Assembly (NCBI GenBank): GCA_041299015.1
Contig: JBFYWB010000062.1
Span: 9,411-73,410 of the forward strand
Direction of reading: 5' to 3'
Source: Deltaproteobacteria bacterium
Lineage (GTDB): Bacteria > Desulfobacterota > Desulfobacteria > Desulfobacterales > SG8-13
Length of the DNA: 64,000 nt
Shown here one piece after another: positions 19,996 to 29,775 of the stretch. The notes beneath the pieces were generated by a model, which saw nothing but the letters and a program-made list of their open reading frames with translations, was not told the origin of the DNA and ran no database searches. The position numbers and the translations under genes were made by a program. Every line of letters starts with the position of its first letter. Within the stretch, counting starts at the first letter, position 1.

Positions 19996-21447
19996 ATGGA
20001 AGGTGACTCTCTGCCTAAAGGCGAACGGATCTTGAAGTCGATCGACCGAGCGATTGAAGAAAAAGCCAAACCGTTTCGACTGGTGAAGTACTTTACAATC
20101 ACCAGCCTTATATTGATATTTTTGGGCACCATCATCCTGTCGATGCTGAACACCCATTGGGCGCGTGCCATGCAGCGTGAAAAAAGTGAAGAATACGCTC
20201 TTTTGATCATCGAAAACTTGAATCACCAGATTTTTTTACAGTTCATCATGCCCGTCGTGCTACGCTACGGCAAGATTCAGCTAAGAAACGAGGAACAGTA
20301 TGAACTCATGGATAAGGTGGTGCGCAATACCTTACACAGCTTCAATGTCGAGAAGGTCAACATTTACGACATGAACAACGTCATTTCTTACAGTTTCGAT
20401 CGGGAGTTGATCGGCAAAACGAACATGGGCGGTACCGGCTACCAAGCAGCGGTGGAAGGCAAATCGGTTTCCCGTCAGGTTCAACGCGGCAACTTTTTAG
20501 AGATGCTTTTCGGCATCCCGAAAGAAAGCCGATTCGTCACTTACGCGCCGCTGCGGGCGGAGCAGCTGCCGGCCCGGATTTCAGGACCGGTATTGGGCGT
20601 GATCGAAATCGTGGAGAATCTCTCCGATGAGTACAAATCGATTTTCAAATACCAAGTCTATGTCGTGACCACCAGTGCAATGGTCATGCTGGTACTCTTT
20701 CTGGTTTTGATCTTCGTGGTAAAACGCGGCGAGGGCATCATTGAGCAGCGGGCTCAGGAACGACTGCGCCTCAAGGAGCAGCTCAACCGCGCCGCGCACC
20801 TGTCTTCTCTCGGCGAAATGGCCGCGGTGATTTCCCATGAGATCCGCAATCCTCTCGGTATAATCCGCAGCTCCGCCGAGCTGCTCAAAAAGAAGGTGGC
20901 CGGTTTTGATCCGGACAATACCATTCCCGATATCGTTATCGAAGAATCAAGCCGTCTAAACAACATCATAACCGATTTCCTGAAGTACGCGCGACCGCGG
21001 CCACCGCGTCTGGCGCCTTGCCGGATAGAGGATGTTTTAGAAAAAAATCTATCCTACCTTGCAACGCAGATGGCGGGCAAGGGATACCACGTTCACAAGA
21101 CCATCGCTGATAATCTGCCGACGCTGAACGCGGATGCAGACATGCTCTACCAGGCATTTCTGAATGTTTTCATCAACGCCTTACAGGCAATGCCCGATGG
21201 GGGTCAAATATTCCTCCAGGTACAGGGCCAGCCGGATAAGCTCGAAGTGATCATTGCGGACCAGGGGGGCGGTGTACCGCAGGAAATTCTGGAGAAGGTA
21301 TGGGACCCCTTCTTCACGACCAAGGACAAGGGTACCGGCTTGGGGCTGGGGATCGTGAAGAACATCATCGACGCACACGGCGGCGATATTCTCATCGAAA
21401 ATACTTCCGAAGGTGGAGCGCGGTTCATCATACGTTTCACCATTTAG
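19996..21447 (+). CDS. membrane sensor histidine kinase with ~170-aa extracytoplasmic loop
   Basis: Two TM segments flank a periplasmic-type domain. H-box ISHEIRNPLGII and N/G boxes (FINALQAM, DQGGGV, GTGLGLGIV). Confidence 0.9.
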   Translation: MEGDSLPKGERILKSIDRAIEEKAKPFRLVKYFTITSLILIFLGTIILSMLNTHWARAMQREKSEEYALLIIENLNHQIFLQFIMPVVLRYGKIQLRNEEQYELMDKVVRNTLHSFNVEKVNIYDMNNVISYSFDRELIGKTNMGGTGYQAAVEGKSVSRQVQRGNFLEMLFGIPKESRFVTYAPLRAEQLPARISGPVLGVIEIVENLSDEYKSIFKYQVYVVTTSAMVMLVLFLVLIFVVKRGEGIIEQRAQERLRLKEQLNRAAHLSSLGEMAAVISHEIRNPLGIIRSSAELLKKKVAGFDPDNTIPDIVIEESSRLNNIITDFLKYARPRPPRLAPCRIEDVLEKNLSYLATQMAGKGYHVHKTIADNLPTLNADADMLYQAFLNVFINALQAMPDGGQIFLQVQGQPDKLEVIIADQGGGVPQEILEKVWDPFFTTKDKGTGLGLGIVKNIIDAHGGDILIENTSEGGARFIIRFTI

Positions 21448-21461
21448 CAGAAAGGATAACC

Positions 21462-22841
21462 GTGGAAACCGTTCTCATCGTCGATGACGAAAAAAACTAC
21501 ACACGGATTCTGGGTGCCGTTCTGGAAGAGGAAGGGTTTGAAATATTGACCGCCAACAGCGGAACCGAGGCCCTTGAAATCCTGGAAGGCTCGGACGTGG
21601 ACCTGGTCCTGACCGACATGAAAATGCCGGTGATGGACGGTATCCAACTGCTTGAGAAGATCAAGGCCAGGGATTCGGAGCTGCCGGTCATCATGATGAC
21701 GGCTCACGGAACCGTGGACAAGGCCGTAGAAGCCATGCAGAAAGGCGCCTACAGCTATATTCTGAAGCCTTTTGACAACGATCGCCTGACCATCTACGTT
21801 AGAAAAGCCGTCGCGATGTTCCGGGTGATCAAGGAAAACCGTGAACTGCGCAATGCCGTTTCCTCCCAGTACAGCTTCGACAACATCATCGGCAAGAGCA
21901 AAGTCATTCAGCAGGTCTTTGATACAATCCGTAAGGTCGCACCCAGCAATGCCACTGTTCTGATCGAAGGCGAGAGCGGCACCGGAAAAGAACTGGTGGC
22001 CAAATCGATCCACTTCAACAGCCCCCGCCGGGAAAAGCCTTTCGTGGCTGTCAACTGTTCCGCACTGGTCGAAACGCTTCTTGAAAGCGAGCTGTTCGGT
22101 CACGAGCGGGGCGCTTTTACCGGTGCGATATCGATGAGAAAGGGACGCTTCGAGCTGGCCGACACCGGTACGCTTTTTCTGGATGAAATCGGGGACTTGT
22201 CAACCGGCCTGCAGGTGAAGCTCTTGCGGGTGCTGCAGGAAAAGGTTTTCGAACGGGTGGGAGGTATTAAGCCGATAGCGGTCGACATCCGGGTCATTGC
22301 CGCCACCAACCGTAACCTGAAGGAGGAAATGAAAAAGGGGCGTTTTCGTGAAGACCTTTATTACCGGCTCAACGTGGTCCACATCGATCTGCCGTCGCTC
22401 AAACAACGACAGCAGGATATCCGGCTGCTGTTGGATCACTTCATCAAGAAATATGCCGATGAACGCAAGCACGGCGTGCCGGTGACCGGAATTGACCCTG
22501 AAGTTGTGCGGCTCTTTTATGAGTACAGTTGGCCGGGAAACGTTCGGGAACTCGAAAACCTCATCGAGCGTCTCATGATTATGAGTCCGGGCGGCATCAT
22601 CACCCCTGCTGACCTGCCGAAAAGCTTCAGAGAGACTGCGCACGACGACCTGTATTTAGAGAGCATACCGGCGGATGCCAAACTGTACGAGACCCTGGCA
22701 ATGATTGAAAAAACAATGATCCTGAGAGCCTTGAAGAAAACCGGCTTCGTTCAATCGCGGGCGGCGGAATTGCTTGGCATCGGCAAAAGCGGTCTGAACC
22801 AGAAAATCAAGAAGTACAACCTGGATCTCGGCTCGAAATAG
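21462..22841 (+). CDS. sigma-54-dependent response regulator (PilR/AtoC/ZraR-like)
   Basis: GTG at 21462 with an AAAGGA RBS just after the kinase stop. Receiver domain (VLIVDDEKN, DLVLTDMKMPVMDG), GESGTGKE, GAFTGA and a C-terminal HTH (SRAAELLGIGKSGLNQKIKK). A PilR role is inferred only from proximity to the pil genes. Confidence 0.9.
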   Translation: METVLIVDDEKNYTRILGAVLEEEGFEILTANSGTEALEILEGSDVDLVLTDMKMPVMDGIQLLEKIKARDSELPVIMMTAHGTVDKAVEAMQKGAYSYILKPFDNDRLTIYVRKAVAMFRVIKENRELRNAVSSQYSFDNIIGKSKVIQQVFDTIRKVAPSNATVLIEGESGTGKELVAKSIHFNSPRREKPFVAVNCSALVETLLESELFGHERGAFTGAISMRKGRFELADTGTLFLDEIGDLSTGLQVKLLRVLQEKVFERVGGIKPIAVDIRVIAATNRNLKEEMKKGRFREDLYYRLNVVHIDLPSLKQRQQDIRLLLDHFIKKYADERKHGVPVTGIDPEVVRLFYEYSWPGNVRELENLIERLMIMSPGGIITPADLPKSFRETAHDDLYLESIPADAKLYETLAMIEKTMILRALKKTGFVQSRAAELLGIGKSGLNQKIKKYNLDLGSK

Positions 22842-22850
22842 CCTGCGCAT

Positions 22851-23573
22851 TCAGTTTTCAGCTGCGGTCGGTTCGACCGCTATGTTTCCGGACCGCTCTA
22901 TGGCCAGATCGGCGTAAAACGATTGCGGCAAAGCGGAGACGATTTTCTGGTAAGCCTGCTGACTTTTGTCAGCGTGGCCAAGTTCGGCATACAGCCGGCC
23001 CATGTTGAAAAGGGCCTCGGCTTTAACGACCGGATCGACGCCCGCTACAATATTTTCATAATATTCAAGAGCTTTATCGTATTCTCGCTTTGCTTCGTGC
23101 GCATAACCCAGAGCGTTTAAAATTTGGTTCCTGTAAAACGGTTGCGAAAAATCATCCAGTGCACTTTGGTACAGGGCAATGGCTTGGTCCACTTCGCCGG
23201 CTTCATAGCAGATATCGGCAAAGATAACGCGCGCCAATCTTCCGCCCGGTTTGTCACCGAAATCGGCAATCAGCCCTTCGAATTCGGACCTGACCTCTTG
23301 ATATGCCAGCAGCGGATCACTGTCCATTTCGCTGCGAAGCGTATTGTAGCGATTCCAGCTTTTCTGCAGCTGCGCCAGGGACTCGTTGGCGTTCTGGCGG
23401 GAATAGTAATTCCACCCCGAAATGATCAGAACGATAAGAATCAGCCCGCATAGAGCGGCGAGCATCTGGTATTTATGATTGACAACAAATTGGAACAGCC
23501 GAGCCGACAGGGTCAGGAACTCATCGGGTTCCTTGAGCAGCTGTTTACGCGAGACCTTTTTCTTGATTGCCAT
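22851..23573 (-). CDS. membrane-anchored TPR protein (YfgM-like architecture)
   Basis: N-terminal basic segment plus a single TM (LAALCGLILIVLIISGW), then TPR-like repeats. Confidence 0.6.
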   Translation of the reverse strand: MAIKKKVSRKQLLKEPDEFLTLSARLFQFVVNHKYQMLAALCGLILIVLIISGWNYYSRQNANESLAQLQKSWNRYNTLRSEMDSDPLLAYQEVRSEFEGLIADFGDKPGGRLARVIFADICYEAGEVDQAIALYQSALDDFSQPFYRNQILNALGYAHEAKREYDKALEYYENIVAGVDPVVKAEALFNMGRLYAELGHADKSQQAYQKIVSALPQSFYADLAIERSGNIAVEPTAAEN

Positions 23574-24579
23574 TTTGGCGCTCCTCTATCATCTTCCGTA
23601 TGCGCCGCCAGCCTTCTTCGGGGATAGCAGCGCCGATAACCTGACAGACCTCGTAACCGCAAGCCGAGCCGATCCGACCGCACCAGTCCAGCGGATATCC
23701 ATTCACCAAGCCGTATAAAAAGCCTGAAGCCCAGAGATCGCCGGCGCCCGTGGTATCCACCGCACGGCCGGCTCCCAGAGGATCGATATGCATCATCTGA
23801 CCCCGGTGGGATAGAATGCTGCCGCGCTCGCCGAGCTTGACCACGGCAATGTCAACTTTTTCCGCCAGGTCTTCCAAAGACTGCTGCTCGTTGTTGAGTC
23901 CGGTGAATGCCCGGGCTTCGTCTTCATTGGCGATAACGATATCGACGTAGTCACTGACGATTCGATCCAGCAGGCATCTATGTTCCTCGATGACCGTAAA
24001 GCTGGCCAAGTCGAGCGAGATCAGAGCACCGGCGGCACGCGCCGCACTCAAGGCCGTCAACATCAGTTCCGGATTAAACAACAAGTATCCTTCAATATGG
24101 ACAATCGCTGCGTTTTCGAAACAGCCGTTGGTTAGTTCCGCAGGCTGGGTTTCCGAAGATGCACCGAGGTAGGTAAACATCGAGCGTTGTGCGTCGGGTG
24201 TGATAATCGACAGCACCCGCCCAGTGGGCGAATCGGAAGCGAAAAGGGCTGGTTCAACGTTTTGGCGAAGCAATTCTTCACGAAAGAAACGCCCCCACTG
24301 CCCGTTGCCGCACTTGCCGACAAAACGGGCCCGACCGCCCAGCCGACTGACACCCACCACCGTATTGCAGGCAGACCCTCCCGGCACGAACGTGGTCTTT
24401 CCGGTGGTGTGGGCCAAGGCAGCTTCGATAAAGTTTTTTTCCACCAGGGTCATGCCCCCCTTGACGGCACCGGTTTGTTCTAGAAACGCTTCGTTTTCGT
24501 GGGTTAAGATGTCTATCAACGCCGACCCGACGCCCACGATCAGTTTGCAGTTTGGCTTGAATTCTTCCTGCACATCCAT
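23545..24579 (-). CDS. PfkB-family sugar/nucleoside kinase (adenosine-kinase-like)
   Basis: PfkB signatures (GGSACNT near the N-terminus, DTTGAGDLWASGF near the C-terminus). Confidence 0.85.
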   Translation of the reverse strand: MDVQEEFKPNCKLIVGVGSALIDILTHENEAFLEQTGAVKGGMTLVEKNFIEAALAHTTGKTTFVPGGSACNTVVGVSRLGGRARFVGKCGNGQWGRFFREELLRQNVEPALFASDSPTGRVLSIITPDAQRSMFTYLGASSETQPAELTNGCFENAAIVHIEGYLLFNPELMLTALSAARAAGALISLDLASFTVIEEHRCLLDRIVSDYVDIVIANEDEARAFTGLNNEQQSLEDLAEKVDIAVVKLGERGSILSHRGQMMHIDPLGAGRAVDTTGAGDLWASGFLYGLVNGYPLDWCGRIGSACGYEVCQVIGAAIPEEGWRRIRKMIEERQNGNQEKGLA

Positions 24580-24696
24580 TTATCGATCGCCTCATTGAGA
24601 GACAAACGGTTAAGGGATCATTCGCCGCCGATGCGACGAGGGCACCATCAGCGGGCCCTGCTTCCCGGTGTTTGCCGTCGGAGCCGCTGCTCTTAT

Positions 24697-25128
24697 TTAC
24701 CAAACCAGTGAGTCGTGAATCCAGCCCTGGTCACCATCCGCATGAAGGACACGCAGCCAATTGCTTTTCTGCTCCAAGACTTTGAAGGGTACCCCGATGC
24801 CGACCGAGAAAACAATTTCATTCTCGGTCCCGGCTCCTGTACGGACGTTGCAATTCGGTTTGGCGGTGATGACAGTCTGCAGCTTGCCGGCCAAAGAATC
24901 GTGGACCCAGCCCGAATCACCCTCAAAATCTCGGAACTGGTACCAGGCGCCCTCCTTTTTGATGACCTCGAAGGGATAGTATTTTTGTACACTCCAGAGA
25001 ATATCGTAGGAGGAACCCGGACCAGAACGGATATTGGCGATGCTGGCGGTAATTGCAAGACGCTCAGCGAGGGCGGTTTGACTGGACACGGCCCAAAAAG
25101 CCAGCAACGTCAAGGTGCAAAATCGCAT
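24697..25128 (-). CDS. secreted tandem SH3b-domain protein
   Basis: ATG at 25128 gives a signal peptide (MRFCTLTLLAFWAVSSQTALA). Two SH3_3-like repeats end in GWVHDSL / GWIHDSL. The ORF track opens further upstream at a TTG (25173). Confidence 0.7.
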   Translation of the reverse strand: MRFCTLTLLAFWAVSSQTALAERLAITASIANIRSGPGSSYDILWSVQKYYPFEVIKKEGAWYQFRDFEGDSGWVHDSLAGKLQTVITAKPNCNVRTGAGTENEIVFSVGIGVPFKVLEQKSNWLRVLHADGDQGWIHDSLVW

Positions 25129-25178
25129 CGGCGCACTCTCTAAGGAGCGATCATTAAAAGGGTTCGCGGCCAAGGCCG

Positions 25179-25814
25179 TCAGACAGTGTAAAATACCAAC
25201 TCCGGCAATCTCACGCAGGTGAGTCGGTTGCCGTAGACGGCGCCGGTATCGATACCGATTTTATTTGGCAACAGAAGCGGTTCGTGCAGCGGGGTGTGGC
25301 CGAACACCACCATCTTGTCGAAATCGTAAGTGGATTCGATGAAACGCTTTCGAATCCACAAGAGGTCCTCGGTCTTTTGCCTTTCCAGGGGCACCTTGTT
25401 TTTCAATCCGGCATGCACGAAGATATAGTTTTGGGTTTCGTAATAAAGCCGCAGGGATTTGAAAAATTCGAGATGCGTTTTCGGTATCACCGGTTCACCC
25501 TCCGGCCGCGGGCGGTTCATGTAACTCTCCAGTGTTTGCTGGCCACCGTTGACCAAATAGGTGATCCGGTCTTCACCGGAGAGGTATTTCTCCAGCATCT
25601 CCTCGTGATTGCCCTTCAGAAAAACGGCGTTGGCATATTTTTTTTTCAGTTCGGCCAGGTAGGCGACGACCTCGAAGGACTGCGGCCCCCTATCTATGTA
25701 GTCTCCCAGGAAAACCAGGCTGTCGGACTCGAAATCGACGTCTATTTTCTCCATCAGCACCAGGAGTTTCTCATAGCACCCGTGGATATCGCCGACCGCA
25801 TATATTCTTTCCAT
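25179..25814 (-). CDS. calcineurin-like metallophosphoesterase (PPP-family Ser/Thr phosphatase / ApaH-like)
   Basis: GDIHGC, GDYIDRGP, GNHE and VFGHTP motifs. Confidence 0.85.
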   Translation of the reverse strand: MERIYAVGDIHGCYEKLLVLMEKIDVDFESDSLVFLGDYIDRGPQSFEVVAYLAELKKKYANAVFLKGNHEEMLEKYLSGEDRITYLVNGGQQTLESYMNRPRPEGEPVIPKTHLEFFKSLRLYYETQNYIFVHAGLKNKVPLERQKTEDLLWIRKRFIESTYDFDKMVVFGHTPLHEPLLLPNKIGIDTGAVYGNRLTCVRLPELVFYTV

Positions 25815-25856
25815 ACTTCTTCTGATCGCTCGCTTTGTTCCGCTGACAAAATCAGC

Positions 25857-26807
25857 CTATCGCAGTGCGAACACACGCCGGGGAGGGTCAAGGCGATGGA
25901 TTCCTTCCTGGATAGCGGCCTGGCGGGCTTCTGCAAAGTCGTTTCGAGTGGGATACCCCGCCAGTTCCCTGACCCCGGCGGCGCGGCCACAGGGCCTGTA
26001 CTGAGTCATGATGTTCACATAGGTATCGGCAGATATGTCAGCAGCGATAAATCGCATAATCTCACGTGTGCCGGCCAGGTTCTCGGGTAAAACAAGATGT
26101 CGAACCAGCAGACCGCGTCTGGCGATTCCGTTGCCATCGATGACAAGATCCCCGACTTGGCGGTGCATTTCGTGCAGAGCGTTGCGGGCAACCTCAGGGT
26201 AGTCGGGAGCGTTGCAGGTTATCTCGGCCACCCGGGGATCCCAGAATTTAAAATCCGGCATGTATATGTCGCAGACGCCTTCAAGCAACCGCAGTGTCTC
26301 GACCCGCTCGTATCCGCCGCTGTTGAAGACCAATGGCACCCGAAGTCCATTTCCGGCGGCTATGGCCAAGGCTTCCAGAATCTGACAGACGACGTGTGAG
26401 GGTGTCACCAGATTGATGTTGTGACAACCCATACCCTGCAAATCGATCATCATCGCAGCCAATTGATCGGCACTGACCTCCTCACCGGCACCCCCATGGC
26501 TGATGTCGAAGTTCTGACAAAAAAGGCACAGCAGGTTGCAGTGGGTAAAGAATATCGTTCCGGAACCGTTGGCCCCGACCAGCGGCGCCTCTTCGCCGTA
26601 GTGGGGTGCGTAGCTGGAGACCCTTGCGCGCGCGCCGGTTTTGCAGATCCCGGTTTGACCCGCAAGGCGGTCTACGCGACATTGGCGAGGGCACAGGGTG
26701 CAGGCCGATAGCAACGAGCGTGCCGAACGGATTTTTTCTGTCAGGAGGCCTTGTTCAATCAGTTTTATGTAGGATGCGTCGGCTCGAATCATCGGCTTTC
26801 TCGGCAC
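25857..26807 (-). CDS. radical SAM protein, PflX-like (COG1313-type putative activase)
   Basis: CxxxCxxC cluster motif in FFTHCNLLCLFCQN. Length and conserved blocks resemble PflX-type proteins. An alternative ATG lies at 26792. Confidence 0.8.
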   Translation of the reverse strand: MPRKPMIRADASYIKLIEQGLLTEKIRSARSLLSACTLCPRQCRVDRLAGQTGICKTGARARVSSYAPHYGEEAPLVGANGSGTIFFTHCNLLCLFCQNFDISHGGAGEEVSADQLAAMMIDLQGMGCHNINLVTPSHVVCQILEALAIAAGNGLRVPLVFNSGGYERVETLRLLEGVCDIYMPDFKFWDPRVAEITCNAPDYPEVARNALHEMHRQVGDLVIDGNGIARRGLLVRHLVLPENLAGTREIMRFIAADISADTYVNIMTQYRPCGRAAGVRELAGYPTRNDFAEARQAAIQEGIHRLDPPRRVFALR

Positions 26808-26840
26808 TAATATCCGATCCCGGGTCAGTTTTTTCCATGA

Positions 26841-27521
26841 TTACCAGTGCACAGGCTCAACCATGATTTTTTCTGCTAGTCCACGGCCGAGAGCATAGCG
26901 CTTGAAGTCGACGGCAATCACGACCTGACCCTTGTTCTGATTGGTAATGACCTCAACAGGATCGCCGATTCGAAGACCCATCGTCATCAACCGCATCCGG
27001 GCACCGGCCCCGCCGTTGATCTCCTTGATCACGAGTTTTTCGCCCGGTCGGGCCAAATCCAGCGGCATCAGCAGATCACGGTCCTTCAGGCAGTCAACAC
27101 AAATGCCATAGATTTCCATTTTGTGCTGAAGCATGTGGAAACCGATAGCGGCCGCAATTTTTACTTGCAGTGCCTCCATCTGGTCGTTGCGGAACTCAAA
27201 AATTTTTTTGCACTTCGTGCAAATCATGTGGTCGTGATGATCACCGAGATGGAGGTGCTCATATCGGACCGCGCCGTTGTCGAACCGGTTTTCGCGGGCA
27301 AAACCGAAACGGCACATCAGGTCCAGGGTGTCCTTGACAAAATCCTGCGAAAGCGCGTTATCGTTCTCCTGGAGCTGCTGCGTCAACTCGATTTCCGTCA
27401 GATGCTGTTCGGTTTTGAGAAAGGCATCCAGGATTTTAAACCGGTCTTCGAAGCGATCGATTTGCTCCTGCTTAAAAAGTTTTTTGAATTGCTCTTTTTC
27501 CTGCTTGTGAATCTGCTGCAT
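26841..27521 (-). CDS. Fur-family metalloregulator fused to a C-terminal FeoA (SH3-like) domain
   Basis: Fur motifs HHDHMICTKC...GICVDC, then a FeoA-like segment (PGEKLVIKEINGGAGARMRLMTMGLRIGDPVEVI). Confidence 0.8.
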   Translation of the reverse strand: MQQIHKQEKEQFKKLFKQEQIDRFEDRFKILDAFLKTEQHLTEIELTQQLQENDNALSQDFVKDTLDLMCRFGFARENRFDNGAVRYEHLHLGDHHDHMICTKCKKIFEFRNDQMEALQVKIAAAIGFHMLQHKMEIYGICVDCLKDRDLLMPLDLARPGEKLVIKEINGGAGARMRLMTMGLRIGDPVEVITNQNKGQVVIAVDFKRYALGRGLAEKIMVEPVHW

Positions 27522-27685
27522 CGTTTTTATTTAAGTCTCGTTGATGAGCTGCTGCCGGCGTCCGACTTGTCTGTAAAAACCTGTGGCCCTGCTCGACGGC
27601 AAAAGGTTTCAACCGATGATCGCTTTGCCGTGGACCCGTTCAAGTGTTTATACACAAAAGGTCATCGGGGGGTAGCGTTAAGGCA

Positions 27686-27931
27686 CTATCGAGACGGCCC
27701 GGGAATTTCGAGGGTGGAACAGGATCCCCCTGAACAATTCCGCGTTTGGGACTTCACGCCCTGACCAGCGCCTGCGCTACCATCCATGGAATAGCTGGCA
27801 CAACTGAGAATGCGTTCAAAGTCTTCTGCGCCGCACGCCGGGCACCGCGTTTCAACCGAATCCTTGGCGTTCATGACTAAGATTTCAAAACATTCGTTGC
27901 ATTTCAAGCACTTGAATTCATAAATCGGCAT
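27686..27931 (-). CDS. FmdB-family zinc-ribbon protein
   Basis: MPIYEFKCLKC....RCPACG, the typical CxxC-CxxC N-terminus, with a Gly/Ser/Cys-rich tail. Confidence 0.8.
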   Translation of the reverse strand: MPIYEFKCLKCNECFEILVMNAKDSVETRCPACGAEDFERILSCASYSMDGSAGAGQGVKSQTRNCSGGSCSTLEIPGPSR

Positions 27932-27969
27932 TGATTTATCCTTCGACTAAAATTTTAACATAAAAGGTA

Positions 27970-27999
27970 TAAATATTGTATATGGCTTTAAATGTCAAG
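27970..27999 (-). promoter_or_regulatory. putative sigma-70 promoter for the fmdB / fur-feoA run
   Basis: Minus strand reads TTGACA, a 17-nt spacer, then TATTTA. It lies about 35-65 nt upstream of the fmdB-like ATG. Confidence 0.45.
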
Positions 28000-28046
28000 A
28001 AACCGAAACAAATTCCGATTTTATCGTTATCGGGACCCCGGCGGCC

Positions 28047-29747
28047 CTATCTTTGCTTCAACAACTCTCGAGCATGGTTTCGCGTGGTCGCCGTGATGTC
28101 GACACCGCCGAGCATGCGTGCGAGCTCTTCGACACGGCCGCTTTCGTCCAGCACCGTGATGGCCGTCAGGGTACGACCTTTGACGACTCTTTTTGAAATG
28201 CTGAAGTGTTGGGCACCGAATTTGGCAATTTGAGGCAAATGAGTGATGCAGATGACCTGATGGTGATTGGAGAGTTCGAGGAGCTTGTGCCCCACGACTT
28301 CGGCCGTGCCGCCGCCGATACCGGCATCGACTTCATCGAAGATAACGGTTTCGACGGCATCGGTGGCGGCCAGGATCGATTTCAGGGCCAGAACGATCCG
28401 GGAGAGCTCGCCTCCCGAGGCGATGGCGGTCAATGGTTTGAACTCCTCTCCGACGTTTGGAGCGATCCGAAAGACTGCCCGGTCGAAGCCTGATTCAAAA
28501 ACCTGCATACCGTCGACCTGCAGGAATGGGGATGTCCTGTCACCGGTAGGCACGCGATGGAGGGCGACCTCAAATCGGGTTTGGGCCATTTTCAGACTCT
28601 TCAGCTCGGCTTCAACCTTCAGGGACAGCGCTTTTGCGGTCCTGCAGCGCCGTTTTGACAGGTTCAGCGCCAGCCCCGCCATGCGGCCGTGACAGTCCGC
28701 AAGCTGTTTTTCGGTTGCGGGAATTTGTTCATCAATATTTTCAACCTCAGCCAGTTCGCGCGCAATGGCATCGCTGTGGGCGAGTACCGCTTTCAAGGAG
28801 CCGCCGTATTTTCGCTTGAGTTTGTTGATCAGATCCAAGCGTTCTTCCACCGCTTCCAAGCGGCTTTCGTCCGTTTCAACCGTTTTAAGATAGGCCCTGA
28901 AAAGATCGACCAGCTCCTCTATCAGAAAATTGATTTGGGCGAGTTGGTCGATCCCGGGCAAGAGGGCGCTGTCGACCCGGCCGGTTTTTTCGAGGTTTTT
29001 TCGCACGCCAGTCAGCTTTTCGGCGGCTGAACCCTGCCCGCTGTAAACCTCTTCGAGTGCTTGGTGAACGATCTGAAACAACAATTCACGGTTCTTCAGC
29101 CGGTTGCGCTCCTGTTCGAGGCGAGCGTCTTCCGCTTCGGTCAAGGCTGCGGAATCAATCTCCGTGCGCTGGTATCGGAGGAGTTCGGTGTGCTGCGCCT
29201 GACGGTCTTTGAGCGCCTTGAACCGATTCAGGTTTTCGATCAGCGGTAGCATTTCGTTGTAGGCGTCGCAAACGGTCTGGCGCAGGGGCATCAATCCGCC
29301 GAATTGATCAAGGATCAACAGGTGCTGTTCCTCTTTCAGGAGGCTCTGATGGGCATGCTGTCCGGAGATACTGGCCAGATTTTCAGCAATGGCACCGAGC
29401 TGCTGAATTGTGGCCAGGCGGCCGTTGATGTAAATCCGGTTGCTGTCCGTGCGGGAGATGATGCGTCGAATCAGCAACCCTTCACCGGACGCGTACCCGT
29501 TTACCGCCATCGTTCGGGCGGCGGCACTTTGCGGTGAAACTCGAAAAAGGGCCTCCAACTCGGCTGCGTCACAGCCGGTGCGGATCAAGGCGGCCGATGC
29601 CCGACTGCCGAGCACAAGGTTGATGGCATTGATGAGAATCGATTTGCCGGCACCGGTTTCGCCGCTCAGAACGGTGAGGCCCGGCGCGAATTGAATTCTT
29701 AAATCATCTATAATGGCAAAGTTGCGGATAGACAGTTCCTGGAGCAT
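28047..29747 (-). CDS. recN: DNA repair protein RecN
   Basis: The native-looking N-terminus MLQELSIRNFAIIDDL starts at 29747; the ORF track extends upstream to a TTG at 29852. Walker A GETGAGKS, a long coiled coil and the SMC signature GGELSRIVLALK are present. Confidence 0.93.
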   Translation of the reverse strand: MLQELSIRNFAIIDDLRIQFAPGLTVLSGETGAGKSILINAINLVLGSRASAALIRTGCDAAELEALFRVSPQSAAARTMAVNGYASGEGLLIRRIISRTDSNRIYINGRLATIQQLGAIAENLASISGQHAHQSLLKEEQHLLILDQFGGLMPLRQTVCDAYNEMLPLIENLNRFKALKDRQAQHTELLRYQRTEIDSAALTEAEDARLEQERNRLKNRELLFQIVHQALEEVYSGQGSAAEKLTGVRKNLEKTGRVDSALLPGIDQLAQINFLIEELVDLFRAYLKTVETDESRLEAVEERLDLINKLKRKYGGSLKAVLAHSDAIARELAEVENIDEQIPATEKQLADCHGRMAGLALNLSKRRCRTAKALSLKVEAELKSLKMAQTRFEVALHRVPTGDRTSPFLQVDGMQVFESGFDRAVFRIAPNVGEEFKPLTAIASGGELSRIVLALKSILAATDAVETVIFDEVDAGIGGGTAEVVGHKLLELSNHHQVICITHLPQIAKFGAQHFSISKRVVKGRTLTAITVLDESGRVEELARMLGGVDITATTRNHARELLKQR

Positions 29748-29761
29748 AGGCAAATCATCTG

Positions 29762-29775
29762 GAAAGTGTACTTTC
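29762..29775 (-). promoter_or_regulatory. palindromic candidate operator immediately upstream of recN
   Basis: GAAAGT-GT-ACTTTC has perfect 6-bp arms. It lies 15-28 nt upstream of the recN ATG and downstream of a TAGAAT -10-like hexamer. Function is inferred (SOS-type repressor site). Confidence 0.3.

Noticed and set aside
21300-21461. Upstream extension of the response-regulator ORF overlapping the kinase C-terminus
   Set aside because: The kinase HATPase G-box occupies this DNA in another frame. A GTG at 21462 with an AAAGGA RBS directly follows the kinase stop and begins the receiver domain.
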